Below are positions 51,583 through 64,000 of a stretch of 64,000 nt of DNA, in pieces (position 1 is the stretch's first letter; every line of letters begins with the position of its first letter). Source of the stretch: Mytilus trossulus. Lineage: Eukaryota. The notes below the pieces were generated by a model. It had not been told where the DNA came from, searched no databases, and was given only the letters and a program-made list of their open reading frames with translations. Position numbers and translations under genes: made by a program. The stretch spans positions 16,182,001 through 16,246,000 of the forward strand of contig NC_086383.1 in NCBI RefSeq assembly GCF_036588685.1, in the 5' to 3' direction.

Positions 51583-53153
51583 CGGCAACATTTAATATCC
51601 CAAAAAGGATTTTGGTAATGCAATTCTTTGGAATATAAACATAATAATCCTATACTTTTTGATCAAGGTTATTAATTGTAATAATTTTCCATATTTATTT
51701 CTTAACCAAGCATACAACTGGCGGTCATATTAACTACATTTACTAAGCATCGTCATCATAACTATGTTTGAGGTATTTTGATCAAGAAATGTAATAATCA
51801 TTATTTTCCTTCGTGGAAAAAAATATCTATACAAAAGATATTTCTAGAAAAATTATAAAAGATAATACTCCAGCGGTCTAATATGTCTAATGAATCTATC
51901 CGTTTTATCCATTTGTATTTCACCAATAATAGAAGGCACATATTATTAGATGTATAGTTATTACAGTTTGTAGAAAATTCATTCAAAACTTATCATAATT
52001 CAATAATCATGTTAAACAATACCTGTAATGAATAATAGGATTGCTCTCCGTTACCTACAAGTTACTATGCAAAATTCTAACAAATTATCATTTTTGAGAA
52101 TATATAATTATGGCAAACATAGCTTTTTTTACCTCTGTAGTATATTTAAATGTAAGTCCTTGGTTTTATTTTTATCTGTGAACTTATTGTGTCACCATGC
52201 AAAGAAAAAATGATATAACGTGCATATAGTGTAGAATATAAAAAAAAAGCCAGGCATTCTATGAGCGTCACTAAAATTGCGCTACCCAGACAGCAAAGAT
52301 AAAGTGTCAAAAGTAGTATAAATTTGAAAATGATGATCTTAAAAAATCAATCCCCGATAGACCAACAGAAAAACGACGTGAAACATATAGAAATGATTTG
52401 CGGACAACTGCAATGATCGAGTGCCCGTGTTATTTCTATTTCATAACGAACATTGACACATATAACATGTATAACTATTGCAGCACCGTTATTTCTAATA
52501 ATTCGGAGATTAATATTTAGTATTCTGATTCTACTTGACGTCTGTTAGATGGAATCGAAAAATTGTATATGGGAATAAAAATAAGTTCTCATTTTTGCAT
52601 ATAAATTAATTTCAAACCAATACAGGCAGTCTCGAAATAAACATTCAGATTTTAAAATAAATCTGGAGCAATGGTTGTATCCAAATGTTCATGAAAATGT
52701 GATAAATTTGATCATCTCTACTGCTTGAATCTAGTATGCTAATGGTAATCATCGACATCGTAGAAGTAGAAGTAAAAGGATTATGATTTCTTTCTTTATT
52801 ATGTTGAGAATCCTTTGTACGCGGCATGATTTGCACCAAGTAAACACAATTGTGATAAATTTTGAGCCAAATTGGTTCTAAATATTTAATACATATAGAA
52901 CACGATTTTTTTATATATAAACAAATATCAAAAATGTCTGCCAAATATGTTCATCTGTGTCAGAGAGTTTTGAATCTCGGTAAATTAATGTACTTAAATT
53001 AATGAAAACAAAAATGTATAGAAATTGAAAATATCACTAATATTCCATGCGAATACAATGCTTACTATTAGTCGGACACAAATATTAAAAACCGGATGAG
53101 GAATCAAACCAGAAATAATACATAACCGTTAAGAAACTAGTTTATAAATCGTT

Positions 53154-53199
53154 ACGCTTAACGTATGTTTCTTCTACAGGAGAATCATCAGCGATGCGT
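53154..53199 (-). ncRNA. Diverged hammerhead-like motif with intact core
   Basis: CUGAUGA-UUCU-CCUGU-AGAA-GAAA-CAUACG-UU; 4-bp stem II, stem I only partly paired. Confidence 0.4.
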
Positions 53200-56100
53200 A
53201 ATTCAAATCAGTTTGAAATCATAATAAGTTACAAACAGTTTTCAAAAACGTGTACCAAAAACAGTTTATAGAATAAAAAAGGATATTGGATATCTATCCA
53301 TGACAAAAAATTAAATACGTGCACAACTAAAAAACGTAAATAAAAACACACAAAAACCAAAGGAACCGCACTTGTGATGCTATTATTCATCTCAAAGTCA
53401 AAGTGAAACCTACGCAACACGGATCAAAATAATGCCATCTGTGCTTTAAATTCCTTATTTGTCGGGGAGTATGTGCATTATGTTAAAGAACAAATAGAAA
53501 TCTGTTTACAATCAATAAACATAAAAGACACCATAATATTTATGTACAATCGTAACCGATAATTCAGACTACGTTCTTTTCAATCTAAAAAATATTTTTG
53601 TCATCGGACTATTGGTAATTTATTTTATCTAGAATGCTAACAAAATTAAAAACAGCGTGTTCATTACATAAACAATACAGTACACATATACTAAATATCA
53701 ATAGTATGGTGTTAACGAAACGCGCGTCTGGCGTAAATATAACTTTTTAATACTGATATCTATGATGAGTTTATTAGAATATACGTAATAACTGACACTA
53801 ACGTGTGAAGTCTCAAACGACAAGAGTAGGTATAATCTGAATACAGCAAAGCCAACTGTGGACAAACATAGACACCTTTTTTGACATTTTTTTGTCATGT
53901 TGTTTGGAAGGTAAATCCCCAATTTGCAAATTTAAATGTCTGAGTTTTCAAAAAGAAGATGAATCCTGAAAACGCTATTTTATTATTTAGTAATTTATTT
54001 CCCTGTCCTGAGTGTTCATTAATATGTGATGTATTCCTGTCACATAATGTTTTAATTTTTTATAACATTGCAATGTAAGTGGGATATTTGGCTAGCCATA
54101 AAGACAGGTTAAAACATTTTTTTTTCTTAAAATATACTGTCCTGTCAGGGTTATGATTTTATCAAATAGTCAATTTTATTGTGTGTTGACATTTGTGTTT
54201 GTTGTAGTTCTATGATTCTGTTGTTCTGTTGGTTTTTTTCTTAAACATGACGTGTTTCACTCGGTTTACGTTTGTGACCCGGGTTAGTTTAATCGATTTA
54301 TGACTATTCAACGTTGGTATACCACTGTTTGTAAAGGTTTTATTTATGTATTTTCTAACCAAAATAAAAATATTAAAATTGAATTGTGTTTCATAAATGT
54401 TATTATTTGTATTTCTTGAACATTTTGGGTTTTCTTCTCAATCAAAACTATCTATAAACAAAACATCTTATGTTTATAGTAGCTTCAAACAAACAATTGT
54501 GTAAATGAAATAACTGATGCTTTGTCTTACCTTTACATACAGATATATAACGAAAATAGTAATAAACTGTTATAAAAGGAAGTATTATGTCATAAAACAG
54601 TAAACACACTCGAAATACAAACAATATTGTTAAATATCTGTACGCTCTATAACAGAACTAATGAACATTTTTCTATTTAGTATTGCTAATACAAACAAAC
54701 ATTAAGTATACTATAAAACATTACTAATACACAGCACTTAAACTTATAAACATAACTAGTACGCATAATAATGAATATAAATACAAATAACATAACTTTT
54801 ATAACCAAACGTTACTTATGACACATACACATTCTTTATAATATAAAACATTATTTATACTTAAACAGAATATTCAAATTAATTAACATTATGAGCATTA
54901 TACTAACAAACCATACTAATACGTATTAAAAAATAATTCCTTCATGTTGTCCATATTTAACACTGTACGTTAGCGATGTGTAAAATATAGTCCGGTTTAA
55001 TGCCTACCAATGTTAAAATGACATAAGAACATGCAATAAAGGATTTTTTCAATTCCAATAGGATCTAATTTTTCTGATTTTTTGGTGTTTTAACGCCACT
55101 TTTATGCACCGCTTTTGGGATGTTTCGTTGCGGTGAGTTTTTATTGGTTGGGGGAAGTCGGTGCCCAGAGAAACCCATCGACCTTTGATGGGAAAACTAA
55201 CAATCATAGTCAATTGGGATTGAAGTCAAATCTAATAGGACAGATGCTGCTTGTTTAAAGGTCAACGCGCACGAAAATACCGTAGTACATTTCATTTTCA
55301 TATTTGATAAGTTTAAAAAACTAATGGCAGTTAAAAATCATGATGTTGAATACCAATATTTAAAACTGTAAGCTGTTAAAAAAAGTCATCAGTAGATTCG
55401 GGTTACAAACTAAAACATGGAAGCAATATCAACTATAAGAGGAAAACAATGAAACAACAGAACACTCAACAAAAAACAAACGACAATTCAAAATACAAAG
55501 AATGAACTATAAGATAACAACTGCCAAATTTCTGACTTTGAACAGGACATTATGCAGAAATTAAAACATTGTTGTGACGTCATTCTATTGTTTACCCGTT
55601 CTTTATTTCAGTGCTTGGACTATCATTTACCTGTGAGAAACCATTGTTACCTTTAAACTTTCAAATAATAGCGCTCCTCTTACTTAAAAACATTTAGGTA
55701 GCATAACTGATTCTTACAAGTAAATGATAGTAATAAAAAAACTAATAATACCCCAAATTGGTTTCATCATTTGAACAAAAAAACAAACAAAGAACAAATG
55801 ACAATTATTAATATTTTTTTTTAGATATTAAAGTCACCTTCCGAAACAATAACCCAATATTTATATCACAGTAATTGTTCTCATATTCTCGGGTTGTCTC
55901 TTTTCGCACTCATTCAATTGGTCGTTAATGCTCGTTGTAAGTCTTGTTTTTGTTCTTCAAAAGATTTATCCTCGTCCGTCTTTGGTTATCAAAATTGACA
56001 TTTGGTGCTGCTCTTTTTCTTCCCAACATTATTTTCAACTACAATTAAAATGCAACCAAACCCAATAAACTAATGCTTCTAACGTTTGATAGGTTATGTC

Positions 56101-57019
56101 GCAATACAAGGACCATAAACAACCTAAACCTTATCATGTGTGCAAAGTACGAATCTAGAGCTTACTTTATGAACTAGTTATACGGGACTTCAATAGTTTT
56201 TATAATTTTCAGGTTTCTGCATTGATTTACAAGTTGATGTTTTTCAAAAGTCTGGTATCATTGCTTAAATATGAATATAAAGCAACACTTAGCTTACAAT
56301 GTATGAACGAAGACGAATCTGGGCGGCAGAATACAGGAAGACTTTACTTCATGCAATTTGTCAAATAAATCGGTCGTGTGTCCGATTCGCACTTTATTCG
56401 AAGGGGTCGTTTTATAAAAGATAAGATAAGATTTTTTTTCAAAAGGAAATCGAGAGACAAGATTAGGTTTCGGTTACGTTAAAAAACACAAGGAACATTA
56501 GTACACATCTAAAGGAAAAAACAAAACAAAACAGAAAAAAGGGGAGGGGATAATCAGATGGTACCATTTGGGTAAACAATAACAGTCTCTTGAAAATTCC
56601 GAAAAACAAACAAAACAAAAGAATATAACTGATTGTGATCTCTTCATTTGTTCATATTTTAAATTATATATTTAAAATAAATCGACTGCGGTGCAATCTA
56701 TGTTCTATTTTTTTTTATTCACCTAGTAACAAATAAAACCCGAGAGGAAACAAGGAACTAATAGGAGAGGACTACATATTGAAATATAATATATGTAAAA
56801 CTTGCCATTATTAACTGCTGTAACTATATCCTTTTGTAATCCAGACTGAAATTGAATATATCTTAATAGTTCTGAATGCACATTTGACAACAAAATCACT
56901 AATAACGACATCACTTTTTTCGCTAACTGTTTGCATGCATTAAAGATATACTTTCATCAGTTCATCTATTTCGAAACAAAAACACATGTAAATGTATTCA
57001 CGGAAAATATGAGTAGTTC

Positions 57020-57185
57020 TTGGCAAAACTTTTAGAAATTTTGATCCTCAATGCTCTTCAACTTCGTACTTTATTTGGCTTTTTAACTTTTTTGGATTCG
57101 AGCGTCACTGATGAGTCTTTTGTAAACAAAACACGCATCTGGCGTATATACTGAATTTAGTCCTGGTATCTATGATGAGTTTATT
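57020..57185 (+). mobile_element. Retrozyme-like repeat fragment with a decayed hammerhead (57101-57145)
   Basis: gcgtca-ctgatga-gtcttttgtaaac-aaaa-cacgcatc-tggcgt, with G->A changes in the core. Confidence 0.65.
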
Positions 57186-58600
57186 TGCACACCCAAAAAT
57201 CATGATACGCATACTCTGTGTTTTATTCTTCATGTAGCAATACATGTTGTTTACCTTCAGCTGTACTTTCTTTGTCTATTGTTAAAGCTGAGCTTCTGTT
57301 TTAAAGGGCCAATATGTAGGATATATTTTAATATAAAGAAAGTTTATTCACAAAACATTTTTTACACTATATGAAAATAAATCTGTGCTTTTTTTTTTTA
57401 CCTTTTTCGACGTGTTAATCAATGTTTTAATAAAGATATAATGCTCTTACAGTCCATTCTGTAGAATAGTGAACAGGTTTTCGGCCTACAGAATGGGAGT
57501 TTCACGCTACATTGAAGACGCATTGGTGGCCTTCGACTGTTGTCTGCTCTATGGTCGGGTTGTTGTCGCTTTGACACAATCCCCATTTCCTTTCTCAATT
57601 TAATTAATAATTATAAACATAACGAATGAACACTTACATTACTTTAACAATCTGTTTCTAGTTCATGAACTTACAGAAAAATGTTTGGACAATGATTGCA
57701 TCACAATCATGAATAAACCCAAACAATTTCAATAAGTTAATTGACTTAAAAAAACTGACATCACATTCTCTGGATGGTAGGCAAGAATTTCAATTTCTAC
57801 ATCCCCACAAACATGACAAAGTAAAGGATTTCTCCATTATTTCCAAAATGATCAATTGATACCGTGTTGAAACAAGTATCCAATCCTGCCTCTGTTTCCA
57901 GTCCACATCTTCTTGTATGCCTATTTGTCAATTAAAGTTCACATTTTCTACCTCAAATGGTCAATTTAGAATTCTTTTCACAACAGTATCATCTGTAACC
58001 ATATATCTGACACAATTTACTTTAAAAATATACTAGAAGTGTTCAAACAAAGCCATATTTGCATTAGTTGTATGTATGCAGATACCAGTCTGAGATATAA
58101 ATTCACTTAAAATGTTATAGAGATGACTTCTAACATCTAATTTTTGCATAACTTCCAAGCATAGTTATTGTTTTCTATATCAAGAGCTTAAAAATCATAA
58201 AATCATAGCATTTACAAGTTAAATTATTTGTTTTATGACCAAGGGTTAGACAATTTTCTATGTTTTTTGCCCCTGGGGCCTGAAATTTCCTAATTTATTC
58301 TGCTGTTTCTAGCAATTTGGAATATTTAGTACATATTCAGGATAGACCACACTATTGTATGTTTTGTTGAAATATTTTTGTATTTCTAGCTTGTATTTTT
58401 TATGCCGTGGTGACAAAAAAAGCAGATTTAGGTGTTACGGCTTACTTTTGGGTTATCGATAGGACACAAACACCCCATAAATAATATTCAGGAAGGATCG
58501 ATGAGTTTCAATGACTGCGAAGAGTAAATATAAGCACTTCTTAACAATTTAACTTACAGATATGCAAATATTATAAATTATTTTGTATTCATGACTTTAA

Positions 58601-58872
58601 GGTAGTACCTAACACTACAGGGAGATAACTCTGTAATATCAGCTAAACGTTTTAATTACGTTGCTTTGTGAAGGCAATATAAAGCTTCACAATGATCAAA
58701 ATTAGTGTTTGTCAAACTGCTATATAACCAGTGTTATTTTTCTGATAAAACGCTTGGTTCAAATTTTTGGATTTTTTTATATTTATGTAAAGGGTCAAAG
58801 TAATTAATTTGTCAATATTTTATGAAAATTAAACGAGCCAAATTAATTTTAGTGAAAGTGTTGGGTACCACC
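58601..58872. mobile_element. TTAA-flanked MITE (Kolobok-like)
   Basis: TIRs ggtagtacctaacac / gtgttgggtaccacc with TTAA on both sides; partial copy at ~13099-13270. Confidence 0.8.
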
Positions 58873-59011
58873 TTAAGTAAACTATGCATACAGTGAGTGC
58901 AATCTTCATGAAATATTTATAAAACTTCATATTTAAGTTAATTTCTTTAAAATCTGTGAGATAAAGCAAATTTGGTTAAATTCTGAATGTTATCTCTTTT
59001 ATTCCTATATA

Positions 59012-59458
59012 GGTAGCATTTCTGTAAATATTGACTATGTAATTTCCCATAGGAACTCCTTTTACGGCTGAAACTGTACCACTTCTACTAAATGTTTTGA
59101 AAAAAATCTTATCCTGGAATTAAAAGTTCATATGCACTACAATTTTTTTCAAAGGTCAAAATATAGGGCTGTGCGGCATATTTTCAACGTTTGTATGCCC
59201 TGAACTTTTCAGATTTTAAACTTACACTGATTTTCTTAACTACCCTTACATCGAATGAAGGGTAACCACAGATTTCAATGTAAACAATATGCACATGTAT
59301 ATTTACTGATAACATTCCCAAGTTATGTCTCTATGAGATGGAACACAGAGAGCATGACTGGGAACCAGTATGTAAACAAAATTAATTTTCTATGAATATT
59401 CTAAATCTCCCCAAAAGAGGCGTGGTTTGAGAAACAGCTGTATTTACAAAGTGCTACC
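59012..59458. mobile_element. MITE with 4-bp TATA flanks
   Basis: TIRs ggtagcatttctgtaaata / tatttacaaagtgctacc; TATA at 59008-59011 and 59459-59462. Confidence 0.7.
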
Positions 59459-60415
59459 TATAACACTAGATTCTTTCATATAAAAACAATAAGAAAACAT
59501 CAATGTCTTGTGTAAAGCAAGTTCACATTTTATATAGAATTGAAAGCAAACTTTTGGAATATCACGAAATCAAATGTTCAAGGAAAATTTAATACAGACA
59601 TTGAGTTAGGCGTTGACATTAAAAGCAAACAGATGATGTCACATTGTTTGGTTGTCAAAAAGACAACATTATTTCATGGAAATTTAGTTTAATGAATATT
59701 TTCAACCAAAAATTATTATTTCAATAGAATGACTTCAAACTTTTCATTAAAATAGGAATAATCGTATTGCAATTCAAGCTTGATATACGTGAAACATGAT
59801 TTTACTAATGCAGCTAAATAAAGGCGACAGTAGTATACCGCTGTTCAAAACTCATAAATCCATGGACAAAAAACAAAATCGGGGTAACAAACCAAAACCG
59901 AGCGAAACGCATTAAATATAAGAGGAGAACAACGACACAACACCGAAACGCAACACACATACAAACAGACCAATCATCAGACAAAACACCACGAGAATAA
60001 CAAATGTAACATGAAAACCAAATACATGAATTTGGGATAGACAAGTACCGTGCCACGTCTTATCTCAATATCTCAAAAATAAGAGAAAACACAAACGACT
60101 CAACGTTAAAATGCAACACAAAGAGAAACGAACAATATTATAACAATGACCATCTTCCTGACTTGGTACAGGACACTTTTAAAGGGGAATAAAAGTGGTG
60201 GGTTGAACCTGGTTTTAAGGCATGCCAAACCTTGCACTTTAATGGCAAAGTTAAATATAACATTGAAATGACAACATAATATAACAGGACTACAATACAA
60301 ATAAATAGGAGAACATATTAGACACAGAAAAACATGATTAATAGATAACAAAAAGCATCAGGTTTAAAATTCAATACGCCAAAAACGCGCCTTGCCCACA
60401 CAAGACTCACCAGTG

Positions 60416-60895
60416 ACGCCCAGATATAAAAGATCGAAAGTGAAAAAAGTACAAAGTTGTACAGCACTGAAGATCAAAAGTTGAAAAGGTTTCGCAAAAT
60501 ACGGCATTGTTTTTATGCCCGGGATAAGAACATTCTTATTATATAGAACAATTCATGCTATTGCAAACAGTAAATTTTATCAAATGAATATGAAAGAGAT
60601 ATACACAAAGAAACTAAAGTATTAACTAATTACAGAAAACTAAACCTGAATACATAACGCCTAGATATAAAAGATCGAACGTGAAAAAGGTACAAAGTTG
60701 TACAGCACTGAAGATCAAAAGTTGAAAAGGTTTTGACAAATACGGCATTGTTTTTATGCACGGGATAAGAACATCCTTATTATATAGAATACTTAATGCT
60801 ATTGCAAACAGTAAATTTTAACAAATGAATATGAAAGAGATATACATAATGAAACTGAAATATTAACTAATTACAGAAAACTAAACCCAAGTACA
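60416..60895. repeat. 2 x ~241-bp tandem duplication of retrozyme-related sequence
   Basis: acgcc.agatataaaagatcgaa... at 60416 and 60657; decayed hammerhead-like motif at ~60375-60420 (-). Confidence 0.8.
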
Positions 60896-62074
60896 TCACA
60901 AAATAGACACACATCCGAATCAGTCCAGGCGTCAACGTAATTAAAAAAATTGTGACGTCACATACGATGGCGGAAAGGCAGAAACGTTATGCCGCATTTG
61001 AATTTATGAAATTTAGAAACAGCATGACGTCACATATGAAAAACTATCATTCAAAAATGAGATAGAATTAGGATTGATTTAGAACTAAATACTGATAATT
61101 CATTTAAACAAAATGCATATTGCAATACTTATTAATAGCAATTAACTGTAATATATATATGTCCAGTTTGTTATGAATCCAACTTCAAAATTAAATAATC
61201 GTACAAAATTTAATATAATTAATAAAGAGGAGGTGGTTTTCTTATGTCTACAACGTGTCGCTAGGTAAACGCAATATTCAACAGTAGACCAAGCTTTGGA
61301 TTTATCACAGTTGTCCCTATCTACAACGATCTCTCTCAGTGATTGTTCTATGAATTCTTTCCTTAGAGATTACATTACATAGCGACAACAAAGGATGTTA
61401 AAAAAACTATTACCCATTACAACAGAAGTTTTAAAGAATAACATCAGTAAAGATAACCATTGTTTGGCTAATTTATCCTGTTTTAACGGATAGCTGTACT
61501 AATTTCAAAATGTATTGACTGTGTATTTCTATGTCATATATAGTCACTGTCCCGAAATCCCTTTTCCTCATGATTAACTTAATGAAGTTGCCGGAACTAT
61601 ATTTAATTATTCATCACGACCTTTTCAACCTGTCATTGTTTCCAAAGTATACAACGAAGCGTCTAACGACTCAAACTGATTTTTTTAACAAATATTAGAA
61701 AACACATATTCCACTTGTAAATGTATTTTGTAAAAAACCGTTAAATCATTACGTTTTATGCTTATTGTTGATATTTTATTCCATACTCAAACGAATTTCT
61801 TTACCACCGATTTGTTTCAACCGTTAACATTTTATTGCTCTGTTTTATCCGCCAGTTATGTGGCCTTTTTAAAAGTGGATTTTCCACAATATTTCAATGA
61901 AATAACAATAAACCAATAAACAACAATTGAAAATGTTTTTGTTTAGATTGTATAAAGACAATAATAGTGACTTGACAGAATTCGACACGAAACGGGGGGA
62001 AATCTCGACAGAGCCTTGCATTCCCCCGATTTTAAGCCTCATCCTTATGTAAATTCAATACACTATTATTGTCT

Positions 62075-62300
62075 AAATATGCGTCATTGTGTCTGTTGTA
62101 ATTTGGCCAGACATACCAATGTTTAAAGGGTTACTTAGTCTACAAGAATGATATCATTGTTATACATTGCAATTATACTTTTATATGTTTCAGTAGTTTT
62201 AGTGAAAAAAGAATTCAACCTACAAGGGAAACCACTGAGAAGTTATTCAACTTCCTTAATGTGTCGTCATATGTAAACATTACATCATAAACAATCAGCT
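62075..62300 (+). promoter_or_regulatory. Putative proximal promoter of paralog B
   Basis: Conserved with 34678-34930 at a similar distance from the ATG. Confidence 0.65.
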
Positions 62301-62379
62301 TTAAAAGATTTATAAATATCTCTCATGTATCACATACACTTCATTTTTGTGTTACTTTTAGTTTCAAAAGGTAGTGTCA

Positions 62380-62443
62380 ATGGCTGAAGAAGTGTTTTGG
62401 ATTATTCTATTATATTGTGTTATAATTAAAAAATATGTGATCG
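62380..62443 (+). CDS. Paralog B exon 1, signal peptide MAEEVFWIILLYCVIIKKYVI
   Basis: ATG...G|gtaagt, phase 1. Confidence 0.8.
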
Positions 62444-62857
62444 GTAAGTGACGAAAAAAGTAGTTGTACATCAAATCTTTCAAAAACTACTTTGTAAAAG
62501 AAATATCTGATGGAATTTGTTATGCCCGTCAGGATTTAGGATTAAGGTGAACTAGTGAAAAAAAGAATTTAATTTGTATTTTGAAAACATGTTAGATAAA
62601 AACATTCATTAACTAAATTGTACCGACGGGATTTGTCTATAATACTTTAACATGTTATATTCTAGTTTTTGTTTTCCTAATTACGAAAACTCACAGATAG
62701 ATACAAATAAAAGTATATCAAAGCATAGACTGAGATTATATATATATACATATGAACATTAATTTCTGATTTAATTAAAACAAATTTGTGTAATGATATC
62801 GTAATTTCTAATTTTAATAGATTTATATATTTATATATATATATACATTTCTTTCAG

Positions 62858-63049
62858 CATACAGTTTTCCAATTGATCAGGCATTTTACACAGACAGTAA
62901 TACTTGGAAAGTTGCTTCTGAAATATGTGGTAATGGTGGATTAGAGTATAACGAAATGGTGTTGAAAAATATTCCATTGCAGCGAGAGAAAAAGTTTTGG
63001 CTTGGAAAAGCTATGTATCGTTTAACTTCATCTTGGATTGAAATTCTAG
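62858..63049 (+). CDS. Paralog B exon 2 (CTL-like N-half)
   Basis: tttctttcag acceptor, TAG|gtacat donor, 192 nt; NTWKVASEIC...FWLGKAMYR...WIEILG. Confidence 0.92.
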
Positions 63050-63645
63050 GTACATAAAATGGGAAATGTAGTTAGTAAAAATATAGTAATACCTTTATAA
63101 AGAAGTTTAGGAAGCCAAACTCTTACTTTCAAATATTCCAAAAATTGCGTTTATTAATAAAACAATATGATTACCATATATAGGTTTTCAGCTATCAAAT
63201 GGCCATTTACCTTTCCTGGTCAACGGGAACATTAATTGCCCCTTTTATTAAAACGAATTCGTGTAATGATATCGTAATTTCTACTTCCAATAAATTTTGA
63301 TACTTGAAATCTGAAACCTTGTATAATTCTATTCAGACCAAATCGGATGGTATTATTGATTCATTATTATTCGTTTGATACCATTTTTTGTGGATTTCGT
63401 GGGTATCGGTAAGGAGGTAATGCATAATTCGACATACCCTCGAGGTTAATTATCCACAAACTGTAAATTTTCTTTAATGCACGATAATTGGTACCAAAGA
63501 AAATAGATAAATTTACTGTATGCATTATTGTGTTGAATCTTCAGATATTGTAAAATAGTTTGGTTTTTGGATGGTTGTTTTGTTGACGTTTATCATAAAA
63601 TTATATGTGATTGTGACGATGTTAAGTTCTATGTGTTTAAAACAG

Positions 63646-63743
63646 GTTGCTATTCAGTGCCAGACGGTCAGATAAGTAAGAAAAGATCTTCAATCGTTTT
63701 GTGCCAAAAACAATGTAAATCATATCAGTTCTTTGGTTACTGT
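63646..63743 (+). CDS. Paralog B exon 3 (WSC-like); gene continues past the window end
   Basis: aacag acceptor, gtaagt donor, 98 nt; GCYSVPDG...LCQKQCKSYQFFGYC. Confidence 0.92.
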
Positions 63744-63769
63744 GTAAGTATTTGATTTATTTAAACAAA

Positions 63770-63989
63770 ACCGTACGACATGTTGATTTCGCGGGGTGTA
63801 AATTTTCGCTTATTTTCGCGGATAAAACAAAAACGCCAAAATAAATTCCGTCAATTCAAAAGTTTACATGGAAATGTTTTAATAAAAGTTTTGAATCCGC
63901 CAAATGTATAACCGCCAAAATATTTCGTATACCTTATTGAAGGTAAATCTCGGAATTTTACACCCGCGAAAATAACCCGCTATACGGTA
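63770..63989. mobile_element. ~220-bp Tc1/mariner-type MITE
   Basis: Imperfect TIRs accgta...tttcgcggggtgtaaatt / aattttacacccgcgaaa...tacggt, followed by a on the right (TA-like flank). Confidence 0.6.
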
Positions 63990-64000
63990 TTCTGTTTGCT

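Overview
AT-rich, intron-rich animal genomic DNA. Its repeat families match what I recall from bivalves and are most consistent with a Mytilus-like mussel (inference). Most ORFs in the supplied track are spurious, and the real genes are spliced. (1) Minus strand, 555-5037: the 5' part of a signal-peptide/LRRNT/LRR gene built from 72-nt phase-2 exons. One exon has a GC donor, and the gene continues past the left edge. (2) Plus strand, 35004-51582: a complete 11-exon, 547-aa type I membrane protein that I reconstructed by hand. It has a signal peptide, a C-type-lectin-like domain apparently split by an inserted WSC-like module, a second CTL-like domain, a Ser/Thr stalk, a TM helix and a 10-tyrosine cytoplasmic tail. 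(3) Plus strand, from 62380: the first three exons of a tandem paralog, with the same splice phases, identical exon 2/3 sizes and a conserved upstream promoter block. The rest is mostly repeats: retrozyme-like repeats carrying type I hammerhead ribozyme motifs (mostly mutated), two SINEs with clean TSDs, nested MITEs (MULE-like, hAT-like, TTAA/Kolobok-like), a Helentron-type HINE, a Penelope RT fragment, a 2.1-kb foldback inside intron 1 of the receptor, a 92-bp (2x46) minisatellite and a palindromic ~21-bp repeat array. There is also an NHL-repeat pseudogene fragment. All calls were made by eye; no database searches were run.
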